Translations under genes and position numbers: made by a program | In this document: in pieces, positions 51,640-61,791 of the stretch | How the letters are laid out: every line of letters begins with the position of its first letter | Position numbering within the stretch: position 1 is the first letter of the stretch | Assembly: GCA_013416795.1 (NCBI GenBank) | Contig: RQSC01000026.1 | Location: 740,335-804,334, forward strand | Reading direction: 5' to 3' | Length of the DNA stretch: 64,000 nucleotides | Source of the DNA: Prasinococcaceae sp. CCMP 1430 | Taxonomy: Eukaryota > Plantae > Prasinodermophyta | The notes under the pieces: generated by a model | Seen by the model: the letters and a program-made list of their open reading frames with translations, nothing else | Database searches by the model: none | What the model was told of the DNA's origin: nothing

Positions 51640-53607
51640 CTAATTTTCCCGGAGCCACTGTGCTGTTGACGCCCTCCACCTATCCCTCCCGGCCAGTTGC
51701 TCCAGCGGCGTGCCCGCCGGCTTCGCGCTCGGCCCCGCCAGAAGCGCTTTCGTGGCACCGCTGGCCGACAGACAAGCGAAGTGATACGGGATCTGCCGGG
51801 AGTGGTCGGGACCGCCCTCGGCCACAGAGACCGGGTCCGAGCCGTACTCCAAGAGCATCTCCAAGACCTTGGGCAGCCGTCCCTTGGCTGCGATGTGCAC
51901 TGGCTGCCGTCCGTACGCGTCCCTCTGGCCCAGCACGGCGTCGCGCAGCCCCGTATCGAGGGCCGTGCGCAGCAGCAGCGCGAGCACGCCAGGACGCCCG
52001 CCGTGCGCTGCCCAGTGCAGAGCGTTCCAACCCATCTTGTTGGGAAGCTCCAGCAAAGACGGCTTGGTGGGCGCCTTCTTCGCCGCCTCCAAGAGCAGCC
52101 GCGCCGCCTCGAACTGCCCCGCGTACGCCGCCATGTGGAGCGCGCTGTCGCCGTAGTTGTCCACCGCGCCCGGCTGCGCGCCCGCCTCGAGCAGCGCGGA
52201 GGCGAGTTCCACTTGGCCGTGGCGGCAAGCGATCATGAGCGCGGTGAGCCCCTCCGACGTCGGCGCTGCCACAAGCTTCGCCTTGTTTTTGGATTTCGCC
52301 AGCAGTAGCTTGCACACTCCGGGGCGGTCGGCGCGCGCGGTGTACGCTGACGGGCGCGACAGCCCTGCGAAGGTGTTGACGTTGGTCCCCGAGTACGTGT
52401 TCTCGTCCTGCGTGCCGGCCATCGCACTGCTTGCCGCCATGGACATCTGCTTCTCGCGCTTTGGGGCGCCTTTGTTCGGCATCTCATTGGGCTCCGCGCG
52501 GAGATCTCTTGCCACGAGCATGGTGCCGTTGTCGGCGCCAACCAGGAGGCCCTGATCCTTGACCTTGCCCGTGGTTGCGCCCGTCGCGCTGTCCACCTGC
52601 TCAACCATCGAGCGCTTGTCGTCAAACCACTTGCCGCATGCGAACGTCCACGACCTTCCGGTGTCCTCCATGGTCACCACCAATTTCTCGAGCAGCCACT
52701 CGGGTTCGAATCCGCTGCCGTCGTGCCCGATGCGGCACATGGTCAGCTCGCCCAGGTTGTGGTCCGTCACGTAGAAAGCATCGCACGCCCCCGCGCCAAA
52801 GAGCGAGCGGTCGGACTTGGACGTCAGCTCGTGCCAGCCCGCAAAGTTCTGCTGCGTGCCGGGCTTGAAGAAGGGCGAACCCGGGCCGATGTTGGTGGAC
52901 TGCACCAGGTCGCGGCCAGAGTTTTTGCCCTGCAGGAGGATGCGCACGTTGGCGTCGGTGCCTGCGCCGGGGCGCTTGGCGGTGAAAACCTCAATCTTGT
53001 AGCGCGTGGTGGGCAGCTGCAGGGCCTTGGCGGCCACGCAGTACATGTCCCAGAAGTTCTTGGCACGGCCCTCAACGAGGGCGCGTGCCGAGATGCGCGT
53101 GGGCGCATGGAGGCTCACCAGCTTGCCCGCCTCGGTCGACGCCGTCGCCTCGTCCGCCAGAAACGTCACCATTCGCTCAGCGTCCGACAGCATGGGCTTG
53201 AGCACCGCGGCCACGTTGGGATCTTTCAGGAGCTCCACCGTGCGCGGGTCAGCCGCGAGCGTCGCCGCGGCGCCGTCGACGCTCTCGCGCGTGTAGAAGC
53301 GGCAGTCGGCCGCCGGCGGGATGCCAAAGGCCGCCTTGACGCCCTCCAGCAGCGTGTCGGGGGTCGTGTACAACGAGAACGTCGCATCGCGCACCTCGGC
53401 GCGCCCGCTCTGCGCGTTGGTCGTCTTGTAGGTGAACCTCGCAGAGCGGTTGATCCCCGGCGCAGCGTCGGCGCATGCGACCGCGTGCAGCGCCGTCTTC
53501 CCGGACCTATCCTTCTTCATGGGGTCGTCCGTCTTGAGCAGCTTGCGGACGGCGTCCAGGTCGGTCGCCATCTGGCACGCCAGGTGGAGCTTGCCCGACG
53601 CCGCCAT
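51640..53607 (-). CDS. Ankyrin + ubiquitin-like + PLAT/LH2 + ankyrin protein (655 aa)
   Basis: PLAT: YKIEVFT...AGTDANVRILLQG...LGELTMCRIGHDGSG..PEWLLE...FACGKWF. Ankyrins: GKTALH, GLTALMIACRHG, GDSALHMAAYAG, GWNALHWAAHGG and GRQPVHIAAKG. Confidence 0.85.
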   Translation of the reverse strand: MAASGKLHLACQMATDLDAVRKLLKTDDPMKKDRSGKTALHAVACADAAPGINRSARFTYKTTNAQSGRAEVRDATFSLYTTPDTLLEGVKAAFGIPPAADCRFYTRESVDGAAATLAADPRTVELLKDPNVAAVLKPMLSDAERMVTFLADEATASTEAGKLVSLHAPTRISARALVEGRAKNFWDMYCVAAKALQLPTTRYKIEVFTAKRPGAGTDANVRILLQGKNSGRDLVQSTNIGPGSPFFKPGTQQNFAGWHELTSKSDRSLFGAGACDAFYVTDHNLGELTMCRIGHDGSGFEPEWLLEKLVVTMEDTGRSWTFACGKWFDDKRSMVEQVDSATGATTGKVKDQGLLVGADNGTMLVARDLRAEPNEMPNKGAPKREKQMSMAASSAMAGTQDENTYSGTNVNTFAGLSRPSAYTARADRPGVCKLLLAKSKNKAKLVAAPTSEGLTALMIACRHGQVELASALLEAGAQPGAVDNYGDSALHMAAYAGQFEAARLLLEAAKKAPTKPSLLELPNKMGWNALHWAAHGGRPGVLALLLRTALDTGLRDAVLGQRDAYGRQPVHIAAKGRLPKVLEMLLEYGSDPVSVAEGGPDHSRQIPYHFACLSASGATKALLAGPSAKPAGTPLEQLAGRDRWRASTAQWLREN

Positions 53608-54608
53608 GGCCTCGGCCTGGTGCGCGCGCGCTCCCTCCTCCCTTCCCTCTCTCTTTCTGTCTCCCTTCTCGCTCGCTTGCGCTCGCGCGGGGCGGTGCGA
53701 AGGGCCGATTGGCGCGCGCGAGAGAGCGCCCACCCCCCTCCCCCGCCGCGCGCAGTGGCACCCCGCCGAGGCGCGCGCCGCTCGCGCGCGCGCACACCGT
53801 CACCCTCGCGCGCACACGCGAGAGAGAGGACGGACACGCGCGTGCGCACACCCCGGCACACGCCGGCGCGCACGCTGCCAGCGCGCGTACAGCAGCCGGT
53901 TCGGACTCTCGCCCGCGCCGCCCAACAGCTCTCTCGCGCGCTTGCGCGCCCCTCGGGGAACCATTCCACATCAAAACGCATCCACAAAACTTCATGAGAT
54001 TCAACTTAATTCGTTTCGACGTACGATGTCTCCCTCGAATATCCACGTCACATCTCATCTGCAAGGGAAAACGGTTTCAAACTATCGAGATCAAAGTGGG
54101 ATATCATCGCGAGAGGACGTCGTCGCCGCGGCGGGCGCCAGCGGCGCGGTTGACCGACGCCCGACGCGGCGCGGCGCGGCAAAAAAAAAACAAAAAACAC
54201 GTTAGACATCGTGGAACCATGTTCTGCAGGTTCTGAAACATGTATTTACACATACAAATGCGCGGGTCTCATTTCGAAATCTGCTACACATTTTATTTTG
54301 ATTTTGATTTTTTTTGCGCCAGGCGTCGGCTGCTTCTGGGCTGCTCCGCCCTGCGACGCCGGCAGGGCGTACAGACTTAAAAAAAAAAAAACACGCAGCG
54401 GCGTGTGATTTGATGGCGGAACGCGCTAACCGTTGCTCCGATTCGCGCGCGCCGGCGTGCGTTTTGACGTGGTTTTTTTGTTTTTGTTTTTTCTTGGAGC
54501 GATGGAATCGGAATCAAAACCACGTCCGAGCGCCGCGCCACAGCGCGCGCGCGCGCAGCGGCGCGTACGCGTGGGGGCGCGGGCGGGCGGGGGCGCCGCG
54601 CGCGAGCG

Positions 54609-56836
54609 ATGTCGGAGGAGATTGACAAGCACGTGCTGCGCAAGTACGAGATCGCGCAGCGCCTCGGCAAGGGGGTACGTGCGCGGCGCCGCGCGGGGCG
54701 TGCGAGGGTGGGTGGGTGGATGGGATGTCTGGCTACTCGCGCATGCGTTGCGCCCGCCGTTGTCCGCGTGGGCCTCGCCCGGAGCTGACCGCGCCGCGCC
54801 GCATGCGATCCCGCGCCCGCCCTCCGCACCACGCCGCTCGTGCCACGCTGGCGTGCAGGCATATGGCATCGTGTGGAAGGCCATTGACAAGAAGACGCGC
54901 GAGACTGTCGCACTGAAGAAGATCTTCGATGCGTTTCAGGTGCGTGAGGCAGTAGCCCTGCGTTCGAGCCGTCTCCGGCGTTGCCGCCCCCGCCTCGCCT
55001 CGCCTCGCCGCCCTCGCGCCAGCACTCGCGTCCACACCTGCCCGTGCTGACGGCCCTGCCCGCACCACACACACACATCCCCGCCACCGCCCCCCCCCGA
55101 AACAACGACAACAAACATACACACACACACACCCACCAACCCTCGCCTCTCTACCTGGTGCGAGTCGGGCGCAGAATGCGACCGACGCTCAGCGCACCTT
55201 CCGAGAGATCATGTTCCTGCAGGAGGTCAACAATCACGAGAACATAATTCGCATGCTGAATGTGCTCAAGGCGGAGAACGATCGAGACTGCTACCTGGTG
55301 TTCGAGTACATGGAGACCGACCTGCACGCAGTCATCCGCGCAAACATTCTCGAGGAGATTCACAAACAGTACACCATGTACCAGCTCTTCAAGGCCCTGA
55401 AGTACCTGCACTCGGCTGAGATGCTCCATCGTGACATCGTGAGTGCTGAGGCGACAGACCTGCGCGCGAGCGCGCGTTTCGCGCCGAGCCTTTTGCTGAC
55501 TCGCCTGTGCGCACGCGCGCGTCGTCGCGCACCCCACAGAAACCGTCCAACCTGCTCCTCAACTCGGACTGCCAGTCCAAGTTGGCAGACTTCGGCCTCG
55601 CGCGGTCGATCGCGCAACCCGACGATCCGCTGGCGCAGAGCGGGCCCATCCTCACCGACTACGTCGCCACGCGCTGGTACCGCGCGCCTGAGATCTTGTT
55701 GGGATCCACGCAGTACACGTTCGGAGTGGACATGTGGAGCTGCGGCTGCATCCTTGGCGAGCTGCTGGGGGGGAGGCCAATGTTCCAGGGGTCATCGACG
55801 ATGAATCAGCTGGACAAAGTGCGTTTGGCCGCGTCGCGCCGGCCGTGCCATGGTCCGCGCTCGCGCGCCGCACGTGTGCGCCCCGCCCTTCGGGCGTGGG
55901 GGCGAGATGTCACATCGCTCGAGCCGGAGCTAACACGCGCGGTGATTTGCCCCTCCTCTCACACACATCTTCGCCCATCACCGCCCCCTTCCGTGTCCCC
56001 TTCAACGACCCTCGCGCCGCCAGATCATGGAGGTCACCGGCCGCCCAAGCTCTGAAGACGTTGAGTCTGTGCAGTCGCCCTTCGCCTCCACCATGCTCGA
56101 CTCGCTTCACGAGTCGCGGCGCAAGGGCCTGTCTGAGATCTACCCGGCGGCGAGCCCGGAGGCGCTGGATCTGCTGCGCAGGCTGCTGCAATTCAACCCA
56201 CACAAGCGCCTGTCGGCGGAGGAGGCGCTCAGGCACCCGTACGTGGCACAGTTTCACAACCCGGCGGACGAGCCCGCGTGCGACAGGATCATCACCATCC
56301 CGATTGATGACAACACCAAGTACTCGATTGGCGAGTACAGGGACAAGCTGTACGCAGAAATCGTCAAGCGCAAGAAGGAGCTTCGCCGGCGGATGCGTGA
56401 GAAGGAGGCTGCGCGCGCTGCTGCTGCGGGCGGCGGCCACCACTCGCACAGCCGAAGTGGGGGCTCGTACGGCGGCGGCTCGTACGGCGCCTCGTACGGC
56501 GCCTCGCACGGCGCCTCGTACGGCGGCTCGCACGGCGGCTCGTACGGCGCCTCGCACGGCGGCTCGTACGGGGGCTCGCACGGCGCCTCGTACGGGGGCT
56601 CGCACGGCGCCTCGTACGGAGGCTCGTACGGGGGCTCGTACGGGGGCTCGCACGACAGCAGCAGCCATGGGCACCGCAGCAGCAGCCATGGGCACCGTGG
56701 CAGCGGCCGCAGCAGCAGCCACGCGCACGGCGGCGGTGGCAGTGCATACGCTGCGGGTGGCAGCAGCGCGCACAGCGCGTACAGCGCGTACAGCGCAAGC
56801 GGCGGGGGAAGATACGGCGGTTACCCGCGGTCATGA
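54609..56836 (+). CDS. MAPK15: MAPK15/ERK7-8-like MAP kinase with a Gly/Ser/Tyr/His repeat tail (500 aa)
   Basis: join(54609..54674,54859..54939,55175..55438,55540..55818,56024..56836), all introns phase 0. [49 protein letters not shown] and [13 protein letters not shown]. Confidence 0.95.
56459..56653 (+). repeat. 12-bp coding tandem repeat, 16 x G(G/A)S(Y/H)
   Basis: Counted from the sequence: GG(C/G/A) G(G/C)C TCG (T/C)AC units. Confidence 0.95.
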
Positions 56837-57057
56837 GCTGTGGACATTGTCGGGCGTGGCGGCCGACGGCAGCGAGGCTCTCTGTAATTTCATCTCAATC
56901 TGGCGATCACCTTCGCAGTCCACACACCAGCCCATCGCACCGCGTGACGCTGCGCGCAACGTGTCAAGCAAGCGCGCGACCTTATATGACAACGTGCACT
57001 GCCAAGCTCGAGATTAGACTTGCTTTCTTTCACAAAGAGAGTCGCGGGGGCGCAACA

Positions 57058-58950
57058 TCAGTCCTCCTCGTCCGTGGACGTGGCGTAGTCCGGGAGATCC
57101 GCACGAGTGAAGACGCCCGGACGCTCGTCATCGTCCTCCTCCTCGGAGACCTCGACTGTCTTCCAGCCCATTTCGTCGTACTCGCCGTCGCTGCCGTCGT
57201 CGCCTTCGGCGCCTGCGCCGCCGCCCGCCGCGGTGCCCCCGTTTTGTAGAGGCGCGGCGTCGGCGCCGTCGCCATCGCCCGCCACGGCGAGCTGCTCACC
57301 GAAGAGTCCGTGGCGCAGGTACTCCATGAGCGGGTGCTCCTCCATGGGCACGGGGGGCATGAAACCCACGAGCTTGTCGATGGTGGTGAAGCGCAGCTTC
57401 CGGCCCTTGGACGCGCGCGTATCCACGCCACGGTCGATCTTCTTGCGGCGCTTGGCCGCTCGCGACGCCTCGCCACCTGCACCCGCGCCGTCGAGTCCGC
57501 TCTCGAGAAGCTCGCGCAACATTTGCTGGTACAGCTCGGTGTCATCGAAGCTCTCCGGGTCACGTGGCACGCCCGCGCGGCGCTGCCTCCCACCGCCACT
57601 GCCCTGGGCGTCCACGTCGGCATCTATCAGCGCCGCCTCCCTCTGAGCCAAGGCGGCAGTCGCGTCGGGATGGCCGCCGATGGGGTTGGACTGCGAGAGC
57701 GGCGTGCGCGCTCGCTCCAGCAGCCGCCGTCGCGCCGCGCCCGTCATCGACGCCTCGACCTGTTTGGACACGGCCTGGTTCAGCGCAGATAGCTGCCCGC
57801 TGCCGCCCTTGGCGGTGCGGCCAAGCGCGGTGGCGCCGCTCTCCAGCCTCGCTCGGCTGCCCCACTCGTCGAAGGCATTGGCGGCATAGGATTCGACGGC
57901 GCGGCTGTGACGCGAGGCGGCGCGCCACGCGGTGGCGGTATCGGCGCCCGAGCCCGCGCCCGCGCCCGCGCCATCGAGCGCGCCCATGCCAGTTTCGGAT
58001 GTACCCACCGCTGCCGCGAGCTCGCCGAGCACCGCGAAGGTCTTGGCGGCCTCCTCGGCGGCGGCGTCCAGCGCGCGCTCCACCCTCCCGCCAGCCCGGC
58101 GAACGATGCCGTGCGAGGCGTGGGCAGGCGGCACGCGTGAGGCGGCCCCCGCTGCGCGCTGTAGGAGGATTCGCAGCTCAAGACCGCGTTCCCACAGCAA
58201 GCGCTGCTGGCGCACGGCCTTCCCCCGCGCCACCTCCTCGCGCCGCCTCTTGCGCAGCGCCGCCACCTCGTCGGACTCGAGCGCGCTTGCGGCGCCCGCG
58301 CCGTCACCGCCGCCGAGCGTCTGCTGAAGCGCAGCGAGCGCGTCCTCGCCTTCGTCGCCCTCGCCATCATCGCTGCCGCTCAACTCCTGGTCGCTCTCAC
58401 TGCCCTCACCAGGCTCGGCCTCGCCATCGCCATCGCTGCCGCCCTCGATGTCCGCCAGCGTGAGCCGCCTGCGCTGCCCCGTGGTCGCGCCGGCGGCGCC
58501 GGCGCCTCCGTCGAGGTAGTAGCCCGTGCCTTGGCGGCCGGTGGTGAACACATACCCCGGCCGCACGCCGCCGAAGCGTTTCGCGGGGATGAAGTCCTCG
58601 CGTTCGAGGTCGTCTAGCTCCATGCCCTCCGAGTCCGAGCCCGAGCCGGAGTCAGACCCGTCGCTGCCGTCCCACGGCGCGGCGCCGTCGCCATCGCCCT
58701 CTCCGATGCCGCGGCGGCGCACGCGCCCCGCGTACTCGGCGCCGTCGAGGTCAATGCCTGCACGCATGCGCTTTCGCTCGGGCGCGGCTCTCGCACGCCC
58801 CGATCCCGACGCGCCACCGGCACCGCGCACGGCGCCGCGCAGCGGGTCGAGCTCCTCGCCATGGCCGTCATCGCTGTCGCTGCCACTGTCCGACGCCGCC
58901 CCGCCGTCCGCCCCGACCGCCCGGCGCGCGCGGCCCGGCGCGTGACCATC
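57058..58950 (-). CDS. AATF: AATF/Che-1/Bfr2 (SSU processome factor, TRAUB domain); start unresolved
   Basis: Acidic N-terminus, GKAVRQQRLLWERGLELRILLQ, FDDTELYQQMLRELLE and VDTRASKGRKLRF...KLVGFMPP...LFG. Confidence 0.92.
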   Translation of the reverse strand, partial: DGHAPGRARRAVGADGGAASDSGSDSDDGHGEELDPLRGAVRGAGGASGSGRARAAPERKRMRAGIDLDGAEYAGRVRRRGIGEGDGDGAAPWDGSDGSDSGSGSDSEGMELDDLEREDFIPAKRFGGVRPGYVFTTGRQGTGYYLDGGAGAAGATTGQRRRLTLADIEGGSDGDGEAEPGEGSESDQELSGSDDGEGDEGEDALAALQQTLGGGDGAGAASALESDEVAALRKRRREEVARGKAVRQQRLLWERGLELRILLQRAAGAASRVPPAHASHGIVRRAGGRVERALDAAAEEAAKTFAVLGELAAAVGTSETGMGALDGAGAGAGSGADTATAWRAASRHSRAVESYAANAFDEWGSRARLESGATALGRTAKGGSGQLSALNQAVSKQVEASMTGAARRRLLERARTPLSQSNPIGGHPDATAALAQREAALIDADVDAQGSGGGRQRRAGVPRDPESFDDTELYQQMLRELLESGLDGAGAGGEASRAAKRRKKIDRGVDTRASKGRKLRFTTIDKLVGFMPPVPMEEHPLMEYLRHGLFGEQLAVAGDGDGADAAPLQNGGTAAGGGAGAEGDDGSDGEYDEMGWKTVEVSEEEDDDERPGVFTRADLPDYATSTDEED

Positions 58951-59084
58951 TAAGAGACGGCATGCGCAGCAACTGTGCCCACGGGACCTCGCGCGAGCGC
59001 CGAGCGCGCGCGTGCGCACACCCCAGGCAGGCGCGCGGGCGCCTCCGGGACCACGCCACTCCGCGCGCGGTCGGTCGCTCTCGT

Positions 59085-59126
59085 CCTAAACCCTAATATG
59101 TACAAACCCTAAACCCCTAACCCTAA
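59085..59126. promoter_or_regulatory. Degenerate telomeric-repeat (telo-box) cluster upstream of AATF
   Basis: CCTAAACCCTAA..AAACCCTAAACCCCTAACCCTAA. Confidence 0.65.
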
Positions 59127-59907
59127 TGGGCGGGTGCGCGCGCGCCGGTGGGTAGGGTTGCGCGAGGGCTTTGGGCGGGGCGGCAGAAGGAGGAGCGGCG
59201 GGGGAGGCAGCGAGGGCGCGCGCGCAGCGGGCGTTGGCGAGGAGGGGAGGGGAGAGGAGGGGAGAGAGGGAGGGAGAGAGAGAGTCAGCGCGCATGCCAC
59301 CGCTCGCGCACATGTCCGCGAGGCTCAGCAGCTCACCGCCGTGCCGCCCCGGCGCGCACTGTGGCACCCCCGCCGCCGCAGCAGCCCGCAGGCGCGTGCG
59401 CGCGCGCAGCCTCGCCGAGCGCGTGCCAGTTAAGGTTACAATGCCGGTATTAAGGGTTAGTAAGGCATGGAGATAGGGTTCGTTCCCCGCATTGCTCTCC
59501 CGTGGGTATAGTTGACCAATTGCGAAGAATTGCGATGCGAGGAGGTAAATGATGGAACGTTTCGGGCGCGCACCGGCGCCAGCCGCCGGCGGCTGGCTGC
59601 GTCGTCTCCCCGGGGGTTTTTCCCCGGCCGAACGCGCCGCCCAAAACACATTCCGCGAATTGAAACACATTTCATTCCAATGCCAACCAAAACCGTCGGT
59701 TTGCCAATCCGAAAATTTTGAGGCCATCAAAGTACACGCAGCCGCCGGGTGGTGAAAATCCCCAAAAGAAAAAAGAAAAAGAAAAAGAAAAACGTCGGGA
59801 GCGAGCCATCGCAGCAACTCGCGGCGCTTCGCGTCTGTGCTCGTAGGGACAATGCCATCTCTCAGAAGTCACTTATGGCGGTGCTGCTACTCCGTCACTC
59901 GCGTCTA

Positions 59908-61791
59908 TCAATCAATATCCAAGTTCTTCTTGTCGTGCGCGTCCTCGAGTGGTTGGCCGCCGCTGCTGGCGCTGCACGCCTGCACCTGCAGCTGCGCGAC
60001 ACGGCTCGCTCGCGACGTGCAATCGTTGAGCATGCGAAAGGAAGTGCTGTTCGTCAGCGGCACGCGGGCGGGTGCCGACGGCCGAGCCCGTCATCGCAGC
60101 CCTCCGAGGTGCTGTGAAACGAGCAAGGCCTGCGCGAGCATGGCCTGCGTAAGCTGGTCTTGCTGCTTCCGCGCGGCGTTTGCTGTGGCTGCCGCCAGCT
60201 GGCTCGCGTGCTGCCCCTGGGCCTGCGCCTGCAGCTGGTGCAGCTGTGCGCGCGCCGCCTGCGCCTGCAGCTGCAGCTGCGCCTGCGCAGCCTGCGCCTG
60301 CGCCTGTGCTTGTGCCTGCGCCCGCCGCTGAACTTCTTGCTGCACGGCGAGCGCGGCCGCCTGCTGCTGCACCTGCGCCTGCGCCTGCGCCAACATTTGC
60401 CGCGCCTGGGCCTGCGCCTGGAGCTGGGCGAGGGCGTGCGCCTTCTGCTGCGTTTGCTGCTGCGCCAGCGCTTGCGCCTGTTGCTGTTGTCTGGCGGCGC
60501 CACTGAGCGCGGCCGCGTATGCCGCGAGCGCAGAGCTCGTCTGCTGCTGCTGCCGCCGCTGCTGCGCCAGCTTCTGCTGCAGGTGGTGGTGAGCCTGCGG
60601 GGACATTCTTTCCGCCTGTGAGGACGGTGGAATGGGCTTGCCCGTGATTTCGACCATCCCCGTCGTCGCCGGGGATTGCGCAAGCCTGGTCGGGCTGCCT
60701 TGTCCGCGCGCGCTGGCAGCCGCGCGCGCGCCCTCCACCTCCGCCGCGGGGACGGGCCTGCTGAGCTCACCGGCCGAGCGGGCGCCGCCAGAATGGGACT
60801 TCGGCTTCTCGAAGGGCGCGTGCGGCGCGCCGAAGCGCGCCTCGAGCGCGGCCTCCGCGCAGAAGACGCCGCGCGGCGACTCGCTCGGCACCCCGGCGGA
60901 CGGGGACGCCCTCGCAGCAGCCGCGGCAGCGGCGGTGGCAGCGGCGGCGGCGGGGCGGCGCTCTTCGGCGGGATCCTTCTGCGGCAGCGGCTGCTGGGCC
61001 ACCGGGACCGCGGTGGCCACGGGCGTGGCCTGCGCGTGCGCCCAGCGCAGGAGCGTCCCCTGGAGCTCGGCGGGCGGCGCGGCGATCCTGATGCGCGCTT
61101 GCTTCGACTGCTGGTGGGGGGACGCCTGCGCGGACTGCAGCGCTGCCGTCACGGCCGTTTGGGTTGCGGCCGACACTGCCACCGCGGGCGCGGGGGCTGC
61201 CGTCGTGCTGGCGGGCACCGTGACGACCACGTTGCTGCCGCGCTCAGCGCTGGCGACAGCGTCTCCCCAGCGGAGCGCGGTACGCGGCGGCGTGTTGGGT
61301 GCGCGCGCGACGACCGCGGCGGTCGTGGCGGCCACTGAGGACGCGCCAATCGGCGCGGCCACGACAGTCGCCATGCTGGTCTTGTTGCTGATCGGGGTGG
61401 CGGGGGCGGCGGCGTTCTTCTCCGTAGAGCGCTGAGGCGAGCCGAACGCGCTGCTGGGCGGCAGCGCTGCGACGCCGCGGCGGATGGCGCCGTCGCTCCC
61501 GGTGGTCGTGCTGCTGCTGCCGCGCTGCCCCCCGCCGGCGTCCCTCAGGGGCGGGTGCGCGCCGATGTCCAGGGGCAGCGACCGAGTGTCCTTGCCGGCG
61601 TTGGCCTCGCTGACGCGCGCGGCGAGCCTCGCGGCCTGCACGAGGCTGTCGCGTCCGAGGCGCGTCGCCACCGGGCGGACGCACTTCTGGCCGCCCCTCT
61701 TCTTGGCCGAGCTCTGCGGCTTGGAGCAGCCCGCGGCGCCCAGCGAGGCCAGCGACGCGGCCGCGGCGTCCCTGCTGGCGCGCGCGCGCGT
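59908..61791 (-). CDS. Hypothetical low-complexity protein (Ala/Ser/Pro/Thr-rich, Gln/Ala-rich C-terminus); 5' part in the gap
   Basis: Open frame 60091-61791 with CAG/GCG-rich codons. A possible last exon at 59908-59991 follows a weak GTTTCA donor at 60120, with a CTGAC branch point. Confidence 0.65.

Noticed and set aside
54609-56836. Plant group-D (TDY) MAPK assignment
   Set aside because: The N-terminus ([32 protein letters not shown]) is diagnostic of MAPK15/ERK7-8; TDY alone is not.
59085-59126. Interstitial telomere or chromosome fusion scar
   Set aside because: Only about 40 bp and degenerate; its promoter position fits telo-boxes better.
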